From Tetramitus jugosus (lineage: Eukaryota > Protista > Heterolobosea): DNA of 64,000 nucleotides. This document shows positions 55,128-64,000 of the stretch, piece after piece. A model generated the notes under the pieces. The model worked only from the letters and a program-made list of their open reading frames with translations, was not told the DNA's origin and searched no databases. The stretch is from contig OW569367.1 of NCBI GenBank assembly GCA_937625935.1, positions 310,001 to 374,000 of the forward strand, given 5' to 3'. Each line of letters begins with the position of its first letter. Position 1 is the stretch's first letter. The translations under genes were made by a program, and so were the position numbers.

Positions 55128-56162
55128 TTATTTGGACCAACGATGTTTGTTGGATTTCTCTTTACAGAGAGATGGATGCTTCATTCGAATGGATACCTTC
55201 TGGCGACCAATGACTGATATGGCAGGATAATAATTAATATTTTTTGTGGCAATGTTCGATACGGTGTGGAAGTATTCATTGTTCTTGAAGAGGTGCATGG
55301 AAGCTGTCTTTGAACGACTCAAATTCTTCAAATCGAGTTTGATTGCAATGGTGTCACCTGTGCTGAACTTAAACTGCTGCTCTTTCAGAATGGAGGTTGT
55401 TTTGGGTGGTTTCTCTCTGTGAACAGTATGTGCACCCAAATTATAACCGATGCCTCGACTCCCGAGCCCAACAATTTTGTTGGATCCCAGGTGAGTAAAT
55501 TGAGTGGCTCTTTCAATTCCAACGAATATTCGATAGATGTTGTATCCACTATTGTCATGATCATCCAGAGTGTACTCCCAGCAATGAATCGTTCCCATTC
55601 CAAGCTTTTTGTTGGTTCGAATCGTGTCCCAAACGGTCCTTCTCTCGCATGATATGGTCCTGTTATTGTTGTGCATTATGATGTCAGAGTCTGGCGTTCT
55701 TGAACCTGGATCCCACTTGATCATGCTTGCTTCACGAACCAAGTCTCTCCACATGTTTGGTGGATCATCAGTAGCTTTTGTCATCTCATCTTCACCATCA
55801 GCTTTCTGTATGTTATCTTCGCCCCCAGTGCAGATTGTCATCTGTTTTTTCTTCCTTTCTTGCATGAATTCTTGAATGGCTTCATGGTTATTGTTAAACA
55901 GGAGTTGTTTGGCCACAGATTGCCACATAAAATAATCAGCCTCTGGACTCACCACCAAGGATGCACCATGTTGACAACTCAAAGAAACTCGATACAGATC
56001 TTGAATGTTCAAGAAGGTCAAAATGAACATTTGAAGATCAGATGGCAACAACTCAAATATATTGAGAGCACCTCGTGTTTCAGCAATCTTTTGCTTAAAT
56101 TCATCTTCCAAAAATTGAAGTTCGAAAAACAACATGAATGGAGAAGATTCAAAGACTTCCAT
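55128..56162 (-). CDS. F-box + SPRY/B30.2 protein, copy 3, divergently transcribed from receptor B
   Basis: Paralog of copies 1 and 2. Confidence 0.85.
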   Translation of the reverse strand: MEVFESSPFMLFFELQFLEDEFKQKIAETRGALNIFELLPSDLQMFILTFLNIQDLYRVSLSCQHGASLVVSPEADYFMWQSVAKQLLFNNNHEAIQEFMQERKKKQMTICTGGEDNIQKADGEDEMTKATDDPPNMWRDLVREASMIKWDPGSRTPDSDIIMHNNNRTISCERRTVWDTIRTNKKLGMGTIHCWEYTLDDHDNSGYNIYRIFVGIERATQFTHLGSNKIVGLGSRGIGYNLGAHTVHREKPPKTTSILKEQQFKFSTGDTIAIKLDLKNLSRSKTASMHLFKNNEYFHTVSNIATKNINYYPAISVIGRQKVSIRMKHPSLCKEKSNKHRWSK

Positions 56163-56489
56163 GAATTCAAAGAAACATGATCCACACCAGGGTGATCCTC
56201 AAAACCAACACCGAGTTACTTCGAGGGAAACCATTCGGTAGTACTGTAGAGTAGGTTGTTGGATTCCTTGCTGCTCTCCTCTGTGACCAGTTTTCTTTCC
56301 ATTAGGCTTCTCTCCGGGACAAATCACGATTGCTTTTTCAAGACAACGAGGAATCCAGTTTCCAACTAAGAAAATATAATAGTAGAATTCCAATCCGAGG
56401 GGCCTCGAAATCTGACAGCGACGGAAAGATGGATCACAAGGAGAAAGTCCACCGCGAGACCTAGGCAGCGAAGTATCGTTAACAAAAAC

Positions 56490-59400
56490 ATGTCACACCG
56501 AGGTGGAACTTTTAGGTTTTTCTTTATCTCAATTGCAGTACTATTTCTTGCAATTCACTGCTTCTCAACACTTGTTCAATGCAATGGTATTTCCTTTGGA
56601 AGAATTGAAATCATTGACGATGTAGTTGATCACTACCAAATCACTGGAATTAAAGTTTACGATCAATCAACCATTTATGGATGCTTCAAGAACAAGGATG
56701 TTCCCACTGGAGATTTCACTAAGAAGACTATCCTTGCCAAATACGATGCAATGAGAGAGGAGTACAAGTGGATGATTGAGATTGACACAGGAAATGTTCA
56801 CTTGGTTCCCATCTTCTTGCCTTGTTGTGATGAGAGAAGTGTTATTGTGGTGTTTCCAAACTGCACCACCAACATTCCTCCTTTCAATACGAGATTGAGA
56901 GGTGATGATAGACCTTACACGTTGATGATAAAGTTGGATCAACTTGGAGTTGTTGTTTGGAGCAAGACGATTAATGCAACTGCGACGAGCACTGGTGGAG
57001 TAGTGACCATTGATGCCAACATTGTTTGTGATGGAACAGAAGATATTATTTATCTCCTTGGTCCTGTGAATCGAACCATCCCCTTCGATTGCGGTAGTTC
57101 TCAACAATCCATTTCTGCCACAAATTTTATCTCACGATTCAGTCACGAAGGATATTGTAAGTGGGCCACTCTAGTAAAAAATTCAGAGAACAGTGTGGCA
57201 TCCCTTGTCTCCAGTTCTACCGATGTTTTTGTTGCTAGCGTGACTTACATGACTGACTATGAACAAATACTTATCACGAGATGGGAGTCAGCCAATGGCT
57301 CTTTTGTAAGTGCGTTCCACTTAGACACCAATGTTAATGGCACCATTCTGGTACATGGAGGAACCATTAACGAAAGGAACCCAGTATCTCTTTCACTTAT
57401 CCTTTCGACCCAACTCTCCGATAATCAATGCATCGTAAAGCTGGATATTGATGTCTCTTCTAGTGGTATGGTTCTCGGATCCAATAACACGCTATGCTTT
57501 CAACCAGAGAGAGATATACGGAGCATGGATTACAGTTTTCAAGAATCTATTTATATTACCGGTTCTGTTGTAACACACGATACCTTGGTGAAAGAAGCTT
57601 TTGTTGCGAAGTGGAACATGACTCGTATGAGTATTGATCTCCTTTCAGTGCGCAATGATGTTTCAGCAATCGGACTTCAGATATCAGTTGGAAAAGATGG
57701 TTACATCTCTGCACTGGGTCGCAGTTATGCCTCTCTTTCACAGATAATCTCTGATAATCGAATCCTCTCCAGTAGCAGCACTTTTAACTATTTTGCAGAA
57801 ATTGTTGATCATGCTCCAATCACTTGTAGAGAGTATAGCTCCTATGATCCTAATGTTTGCAGTGGCAGAGGGCAATGTGTGGCATTAGAAACATGTTTGT
57901 GTTCTACGGGATTCAATGGAAGTAAATGCGATGAGTCTGAGGCAACTGTCGTGCTCGACTCCAATGCAATTGAAGGCGAACTATTTGAAGATACGTGGAT
58001 GTTGGATGCAACGATTAGTCATGTGGGGCATTTGCCTGTGAAGGTTAATGTTTTATTGATCATCGAGGATCTCTGGAGAGAGAGCCAAAGAATTTACAAT
58101 GGGTCTTACACTCTTCAATCATCCCTTCAATCCATCCAGTGGAATGTAACAGGTTTTGTCCTAAATCGTCAATACCTTGCTCAAGTAACAATTCAAATTG
58201 ATCAGACAACAAATTTGATCTCATCTGAGGGAATATATGTATTGGCCGTTGGAAAACCTCAAATGAAATCTCTCACAGTCACTCCAAAGAGTGGTGCGAT
58301 GTTAATTGACCAGTTCCTGTTGAGTACGAATAGTAGTGATTCACGGGATTTGGTGTATAACTTTGGTTACTTCGATGGAAACAATCGAGTGTTTTTGTAC
58401 TTCAACAGACCAGTTCCAAACCTAAACATCACAATTCCTATTCTTGGTAATGTCACTTTGTTCGTTCAAGCTGCACTTCAGAATGGAATTTACTCTGAAT
58501 CAACCACAGTTGTCAGAGTGTATCAAGGTGAACCATCGAAAGTGACAAATGTTTTGACTGAACAAGCTAATGATCTATCTCAGACCAATGGAACAGCATT
58601 TGAGTCGCAATTGACAACATACACCAACTCTTTAGTCACTTCTATTCAAATAATCACTTCGAATCAAACAACTCAGTTGTTGAGCAACTTGATCAATATT
58701 ATTCAATCGAAACAAGATGAATTGAGTACTGAAGTTCAAATTGAGACAATCAAGACAATCTCTCAGCAGTACAATTATCTCTCAGAATCATCAACAGTTC
58801 AGACATCGATCATTGTGATGAAATCACTTCAAAGAAATGACTCAAAGATCAGTGACTCCATCACTGTTGCTCATAATTTGGCCAATGTCATGATTTCAAC
58901 AAACAGTTCAAAGATCCAGAGAGAGGCTTTCTCATCGATGGTTAATGTATTGACTGGCAGAGTTCGTCAAAATATGACCGATGGTCAAACAGAAGAGATT
59001 TCACTCCCAAATCTTGAAACAGTGATATCAAGACTAAATTCATCTTCCATTGATGTCAATACAACCATACTTGTGAGACAACCATCGTCAAGCGGAACGA
59101 ATGAAAATACCAAGTATGTTCAAATTGTGGTAAACACTGAGGCTCTATCTGGTTCTGGAGTCACTTTTGTTCAAGGGCAAGTTGTTACGAACCCTGCAGA
59201 TCAGTACCCAGACAAATGTGATACTAGTGAAGTGTCTTCTACTGTCTCAACTGCATTGTTCACAGCTAATCAACAACAGATTCAGTCTGTCGATTCAGTG
59301 ACAACATTGACTCAATCTTCGCTCGAACTTCCCAGTATCTCTACTCTCCGCAATCGTACGGATGACTATCAGTATGCTTGCAAGTATTTGAACCGTGAGA

Positions 59401-59813
59401 GTACACAATGGCTCGAAGATTCTAAAGTATGTCAAACAGAAACACTCTCAAGAGATAACCAGACAAATAATAATGTGGTTGTTAAATGCGTTTGTTCTCA
59501 GTCAGTGAGTCACACAGTTTCGTTGGATTATGTTCAATCTTCTGAAACAGTTGAAAATGTGGATTCCTGCACAAATCCATGCGGATGTTCATTGATCGAG
59601 AGAGGAGCTCATTCAAAAGGACTGAAACCTTATGCAATTGTTCTTGTCGTGCTTGCTTGTTTGACTTTTGTAATTCTCATCGTCGTTGTAGTTGCGTTGG
59701 GAACAATTGTGACAGTTAAATTGTTGAGCAGGAAGGAAAAATATGAGTTTAAGAAGCCAGTCAGAACTCCCACAGATGACATTGAAAGACGATTTGACAC
59801 CATGTATGAATAA
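56490..59813 (+). CDS. Type I membrane receptor B (1 EGF-like repeat, REJ/PKD-like, GAIN/GPS-like, single TM)
   Basis: Full-length paralog of 12608-16039; same terminal IERRFDTMYE. Confidence 0.85.
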   Translation: MSHRGGTFRFFFISIAVLFLAIHCFSTLVQCNGISFGRIEIIDDVVDHYQITGIKVYDQSTIYGCFKNKDVPTGDFTKKTILAKYDAMREEYKWMIEIDTGNVHLVPIFLPCCDERSVIVVFPNCTTNIPPFNTRLRGDDRPYTLMIKLDQLGVVVWSKTINATATSTGGVVTIDANIVCDGTEDIIYLLGPVNRTIPFDCGSSQQSISATNFISRFSHEGYCKWATLVKNSENSVASLVSSSTDVFVASVTYMTDYEQILITRWESANGSFVSAFHLDTNVNGTILVHGGTINERNPVSLSLILSTQLSDNQCIVKLDIDVSSSGMVLGSNNTLCFQPERDIRSMDYSFQESIYITGSVVTHDTLVKEAFVAKWNMTRMSIDLLSVRNDVSAIGLQISVGKDGYISALGRSYASLSQIISDNRILSSSSTFNYFAEIVDHAPITCREYSSYDPNVCSGRGQCVALETCLCSTGFNGSKCDESEATVVLDSNAIEGELFEDTWMLDATISHVGHLPVKVNVLLIIEDLWRESQRIYNGSYTLQSSLQSIQWNVTGFVLNRQYLAQVTIQIDQTTNLISSEGIYVLAVGKPQMKSLTVTPKSGAMLIDQFLLSTNSSDSRDLVYNFGYFDGNNRVFLYFNRPVPNLNITIPILGNVTLFVQAALQNGIYSESTTVVRVYQGEPSKVTNVLTEQANDLSQTNGTAFESQLTTYTNSLVTSIQIITSNQTTQLLSNLINIIQSKQDELSTEVQIETIKTISQQYNYLSESSTVQTSIIVMKSLQRNDSKISDSITVAHNLANVMISTNSSKIQREAFSSMVNVLTGRVRQNMTDGQTEEISLPNLETVISRLNSSSIDVNTTILVRQPSSSGTNENTKYVQIVVNTEALSGSGVTFVQGQVVTNPADQYPDKCDTSEVSSTVSTALFTANQQQIQSVDSVTTLTQSSLELPSISTLRNRTDDYQYACKYLNRESTQWLEDSKVCQTETLSRDNQTNNNVVVKCVCSQSVSHTVSLDYVQSSETVENVDSCTNPCGCSLIERGAHSKGLKPYAIVLVVLACLTFVILIVVVVALGTIVTVKLLSRKEKYEFKKPVRTPTDDIERRFDTMYE

Positions 59814-60107
59814 ACACCTGCGAGACGAATAAAAGTGGACTAATGACAAGATCATACATCTGATCAATCAAATACTGTTCCCAATTTATTTAATGATTCG
59901 CGTTCTAGGCCTGTTCATGATTCACATGATCAGTTCATTGAAGACGTACTGACCAAACAAAACAAGTGGGAGCTAAAATCGCAATTGGAAGAATTTAGAT
60001 CGAACAATGCACAGCTCATTGCACAAACGCCGCCAGAAGTTGATTTTTACGTTCCGTACTCATCTAAAGACCGCCAATAAAATTGTGGTCAAAAACTTTG
60101 CGAAAAA

Positions 60108-61133
60108 ATGCATTTTGACGAGTCGGATTTCCTAACGACCACACTGAAGCAAGTACCACCTCAATGGCAAGAACACAAGCTAAATCAAGGCTCTCTAACA
60201 GTCAAATGGCTCGATATTGGTGTCCTAGTTTTTGAATCTCCAGATCGAATCCCCAGAAATATCGTGCTGTCAGCCGGTATTCATGGCAACGAGACTGCTC
60301 CGATCGAGATTTTGAACCAATTAGTGACTGATATTCTCGCAAATCAGTTACTCTTATCCCCAGACGTCAGATTAATGATCATATTTGGTAATCCAGAGGC
60401 AATGCAAAAGGCAGTGAGATATGTCAATGATGATATGAACAGATTGTTCGGGAAATGTATAAATGTCAATTCTTTGGAATTTGACAGATGTCAATTGATT
60501 CAGAAATTATTGAATCAGTTTTTTGAGAAAAGTGGACCATTGAGATTCCATTATGACATGCATACGGCAATCCGAGGATCAATGTATGAAAAGTTTGCGG
60601 TATATCCTTATTTAGGGCCTGATCGTGACTGGAACATGCAACAGATGACATGGCTGTCACAAAAGTGCGCAATTCAGACTTTCCTCTTGTCGAATGAGCC
60701 ATCGGGCACCTTTAGTTACTATACTAGTAATGAGTTTAACTGTCATTCGTTCACATTAGAGCTTGGCAAGGTGATGCCTTTTGGTCAAAACGATTTGAGC
60801 AAATTTTCAGAGATTGAAACTTCGATTCGAAATCTTGTGACAAGTGGAACATTTGAGGAATGTGACGTTGACTTGTTGAGACAGGTACCAGTCTTTCGTG
60901 TGAAATATGAATTGGTGAAGCAGAGTGAAGCCTTTACATTGAATCTTCCTGATCATGTGCTCAACTTTAGTGTCATTACTGATCAATCAATTATCGCACA
61001 AGACAAGGTATCAGACATGACTGTGCAGCATATTGGTCAAGGAGGCACAGAACGTATTCTCTTCCCTAACCCAAAGGTCAAGGTTGGTCTCAGGGCTGGT
61101 ATCATTGTTGAACCAACATGTCTCTTCCAATAG
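60108..61133 (+). CDS. astE: Succinylglutamate desuccinylase, bacterial AstE type
   Basis: SAGIHGNETAPIE, GNP.AM..RY..DMNRLF, DMHTAIRGS, FTLELGK..PFGQNDL, ERILFPNPKV..GLRAG. Confidence 0.9.
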   Translation: MHFDESDFLTTTLKQVPPQWQEHKLNQGSLTVKWLDIGVLVFESPDRIPRNIVLSAGIHGNETAPIEILNQLVTDILANQLLLSPDVRLMIIFGNPEAMQKAVRYVNDDMNRLFGKCINVNSLEFDRCQLIQKLLNQFFEKSGPLRFHYDMHTAIRGSMYEKFAVYPYLGPDRDWNMQQMTWLSQKCAIQTFLLSNEPSGTFSYYTSNEFNCHSFTLELGKVMPFGQNDLSKFSEIETSIRNLVTSGTFEECDVDLLRQVPVFRVKYELVKQSEAFTLNLPDHVLNFSVITDQSIIAQDKVSDMTVQHIGQGGTERILFPNPKVKVGLRAGIIVEPTCLFQ

Positions 61134-61417
61134 ACTTGCTATACTTGCTGTCGTTTGTTAGTTGTTGGTTTGTCGTACGACAAAAAGTTTCCAAATGAAA
61201 GCGTTAGTTGTGCTTCTTCTTATTATTACACTTGTTTCCTTGTCTCAGCAACGACATCTCACATAGAATGATGATACGATTGACAAGTTGTTTCATACTT
61301 GTGCCAGAGTACTGCAAGACCCTTCAATCTATGTTAGCTCTGTGGAGCAGCTTGAAAAGGTCAAGACATTGTTACAGAACCCTTGTAAGGTGAGAGGAGG
61401 GAAGAAGCAGGGAAAGA

Positions 61418-61680
61418 AGAACAAATGAAGAAATCGCTCTTATTCAGGCATATACTTCAAATGGACATCATCTCTAAACTGCTTCTTACGCTACAAGGAA
61501 CAACTTTCTAACATACCTGAATGGGTATTAGAGTACACTGAGAAGCTAGAGAAGGCTTTAGACAAGATTCCAAAGTTTGAAGAGGAGACTTATCGTGCTC
61601 ACCTTAGAGGAAATCTGCGTGTAGGTCAGGTCGTTAGGAATAAGAGCTTTCTCAGTATGGGAACAGACTTTGACTTTTTG
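61418..61680 (+). pseudogene. Truncated, frameshifted ADP-ribosyltransferase (ARTC/VIP2-exotoxin-like) fragment
   Basis: EEIALIQAYTSNGH / LNCFLRY..KLEKALDKIPKFEEETYRAH..VGQVVRNKSFLS. Confidence 0.6.
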
Positions 61681-61701
61681 ACCCTTTACCCTTTACCCTT
61701 T
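61681..61701. repeat. (ACCCTTT)x3 tandem repeat
   Basis: Read directly from the sequence. Confidence 0.8.
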
Positions 61702-62572
61702 GAATTGAATTTCAGATTTATCATCCCTGACAGCTGTCGGACCATCTTTATCATCCACATAAGTAAATTTGGAGATATTGCTGGCTTGCTTGTTGAAAAT
61801 TCCAGCAAAATATTCTTGCACTAAGGAAGTAGCAGAAGTATTGCACATATGTCCATCTGGTTCCGAAAACTGAATCAGTTTCGCTTTTCCGTGGACCATC
61901 ACAAATCAATGTCCATGTGAAATACATATTTGTGTTACAAACATGTTTTCGGATGATATCAGCTCTTCTTCATCTTCGATTGACTTGTCTTCAAGAGTTG
62001 GACATTTTCTTCATACAAGGCAACACAAAGATCTCCGAGAACTGTCTCCTTGATCATCACCGGTAACAATGATGGACCAATAACTCTCCAATATGAATTT
62101 ACTTGGACTAAGACCTAGTGCGGCGACCCACAAGCTAACTTTTCCAGTTATCCTACCTGTTAGTTTGATTTCGCTCGTTGGATTACAAAGTTCTTGAATG
62201 ATTGGATAGTGTGTATCTGGGCACCACTTTGCGCATTTTCTCAGATAGTAGGTTCACAATCATATCACATGACAAATGCCTCGTTTCATCTTCAGCTGCT
62301 AGTACGACAGTACATAGATGTTCTCCGAAACACTTGGTAAATGCCGCTCCAAGCACTTTTGTCACAGGCAAGTTGCAAATCTCCCAGATCACTCAGACCA
62401 TGTATATAATACACACCAAGTGCACCCAGTTGGTTGAAGTTCAACTGCAATCAAACGAAAAATGCAATCCAATCTCATCTATGATTTCAGTGAACCGCCG
62501 TATGACTCTCTTGAGTAATTCGGTCCGTTTATTGTGGCACTGATACTTTCCGCGATCGTGAGTTGGTTGGCT

Positions 62573-63793
62573 ATGTACCTCTACTCCCTCATAGTAAACG
62601 TTGGTACTTCTGTGGTGACTGGCGTGGTTATCTGCTCTGTTGGCTATTTTCTGCATCCCTCCATCCTCAGCTATATCACACGAGCAAGAAGATGGAAGCC
62701 CCCGAGAGAAGACAAGGAGACAGAGCTCGTGCAGCTCTTCAGTCTATTCGGTAGCTTCGCACAAGTAACGAGCAAGTTGCACGATGTCATACAGTTATCA
62801 AACATTCTATATGCGGCGGCCACTCTTCACTTGGATGGATCGGTGTACATCTGGACGTGGACCAAGAACACGTTCGGGGTCGACCGACACCTGGTGCCCT
62901 TGCGTGCGTTCATGGCACACGACGAGCGAGTGACGAAGCTGATATGTGGCCAGTATCTGGTTGTTCTCACGTCTAAGAAACGCATTCTCTATGTACACAT
63001 CAGATTCTACTATGAGGGAGATGGTAAGGATAAATGCGTTTTCCACTCCCTTTCCTGTGTCAAGGAGCTCATGGAGGCGTCAGGCCGAGCTGAGGACATA
63101 CTGATGCCAGTAAAATCAGGCCTCGAAATTCTGTGGCGCACCAACAAACAAATCTTCTTCGTGCGGTACCCGGACAGTAGACAACAATTGTTGTGGTGTT
63201 TTCCCAGTGAGTCTCGTGGCGCTCTGATCGTCTGCACAGCAATCGTACAAAAATGTGTGCTAGTGGTAATGAGCGATGAACCAAGCCATATACTGAGGAT
63301 CTATCCCTTTGTCCTCGAGGCGTACCCATGGATAGCAACAGTACCAGTCATTAATATCACAAGTGACGGCATCAATTCACTTGTCGTCAATCTGGCAGAC
63401 AACACTGTGCTCGTGCTAGAGGTGACCGACCGATATCGTTTCAAGAAGCGATATGTGTTTAACGACAACGGTGGAATGCAGGTTCGTGTCACGAACAACG
63501 CTTGTGTCATCATTGACGACAAGGCTGGGACCATTGAAATGTGGAAAAAGCCCTGGCAACCGTGGTGGTACTACAGTTGGCACCCAGAGACAGTGGAACT
63601 GGCAAACAATATGTACGACGAATACAAGGAGCGCACCATTTCGAAATTAGATTCTGCCGGTAAATGGCTCGTGTACCTCCCTGAGAGTTCAATATGGGTG
63701 CCCATGGGACGTATCGCTCTGTATCGGGGCATTTTTCTTCACGACACACTCCTACGGGGTGTTCTTCACGACACTGACATTGTTTTTCAATGA
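62573..63793 (+). CDS. Orphan protein with N-terminal TM and WD40-like beta-rich region; elevated GC
   Basis: Open ~406-aa frame from the first ATG; LDGSVYIW..AFMAHDERVTKL. Confidence 0.6.
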   Translation: MYLYSLIVNVGTSVVTGVVICSVGYFLHPSILSYITRARRWKPPREDKETELVQLFSLFGSFAQVTSKLHDVIQLSNILYAAATLHLDGSVYIWTWTKNTFGVDRHLVPLRAFMAHDERVTKLICGQYLVVLTSKKRILYVHIRFYYEGDGKDKCVFHSLSCVKELMEASGRAEDILMPVKSGLEILWRTNKQIFFVRYPDSRQQLLWCFPSESRGALIVCTAIVQKCVLVVMSDEPSHILRIYPFVLEAYPWIATVPVINITSDGINSLVVNLADNTVLVLEVTDRYRFKKRYVFNDNGGMQVRVTNNACVIIDDKAGTIEMWKKPWQPWWYYSWHPETVELANNMYDEYKERTISKLDSAGKWLVYLPESSIWVPMGRIALYRGIFLHDTLLRGVLHDTDIVFQ

Positions 63794-63867
63794 AACTGTT
63801 GCTTGTATGTGTCATCAGTACTTGGCACTGGCTTCGCTGCTACTGAAAGAGTAACAGCGCAAATATA

Positions 63868-64000
63868 TCACAATTCTCTACATAACAGAGACCGATGCTT
63901 CATTCGAATGGACACAATCTGCTGACCAATGACAGATATGGCAGGATAATACTCTATATCTTGTGTGGGAATATCTGATATAGTGTGAAAGTATTCATTG
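63868..64000 (-). CDS. 3' end of a fourth SPRY paralog of the F-box-SPRY family (truncated by window edge)
   Basis: NEYFHTISDIPTQDIEYYPAISVIGQQIVSIRMKHRSLLCREL*. Confidence 0.8.
   Translation of the reverse strand, partial: NEYFHTISDIPTQDIEYYPAISVIGQQIVSIRMKHRSLLCREL

Noticed and set aside
1-64000. tRNA, rRNA, CRISPR arrays, operons
   Set aside because: None recognised by eye; the sequence is eukaryotic with spliceosomal introns

Overview
Gene-dense, roughly 40% GC eukaryotic nuclear DNA, not prokaryotic. Spacers are short and there are a few small GT-AG introns with CTAAC/CTAAT-type branch points. The gene content (hybrid His kinase, class III cyclase-like protein, cAMP-receptor-like GPCR, 'TCYGV..NN..VC.G.G.C' EGF repeats, AP-4) suggests a free-living protist, possibly a heterolobosean; that assignment is inference. 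A housekeeping core at ~17.5-46 kb carries GH27 alpha-galactosidase, FabF/OXSM, citrate synthase, SERBP1/Stm1, riboflavin kinase, MAT1, ALG11, HIT4-like, WKF, a Tem1-like pseudo-GTPase, BIG/Sec7, AP4S1 and MED1. Two dynamic zones flank it. Main observations: (1) a probably mitochondrial PPR-like array fused to an RNase H1 domain with all catalytic residues intact; (2) a twice-occurring, inverted, head-to-head cassette of a single-pass EGF/REJ/GAIN-like surface receptor plus an F-box-SPRY gene; (3) four F-box-SPRY paralogs with near-identical frameworks but variable loops, and a collapsed third receptor copy; (4) a right-end island with a bacterial-type astE, an ADP-ribosyltransferase pseudogene and a GC-rich orphan; (5) several pseudo-enzymes and a cluster of perfect palindromes. 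All family assignments come from motif recognition by eye; no searches were run.
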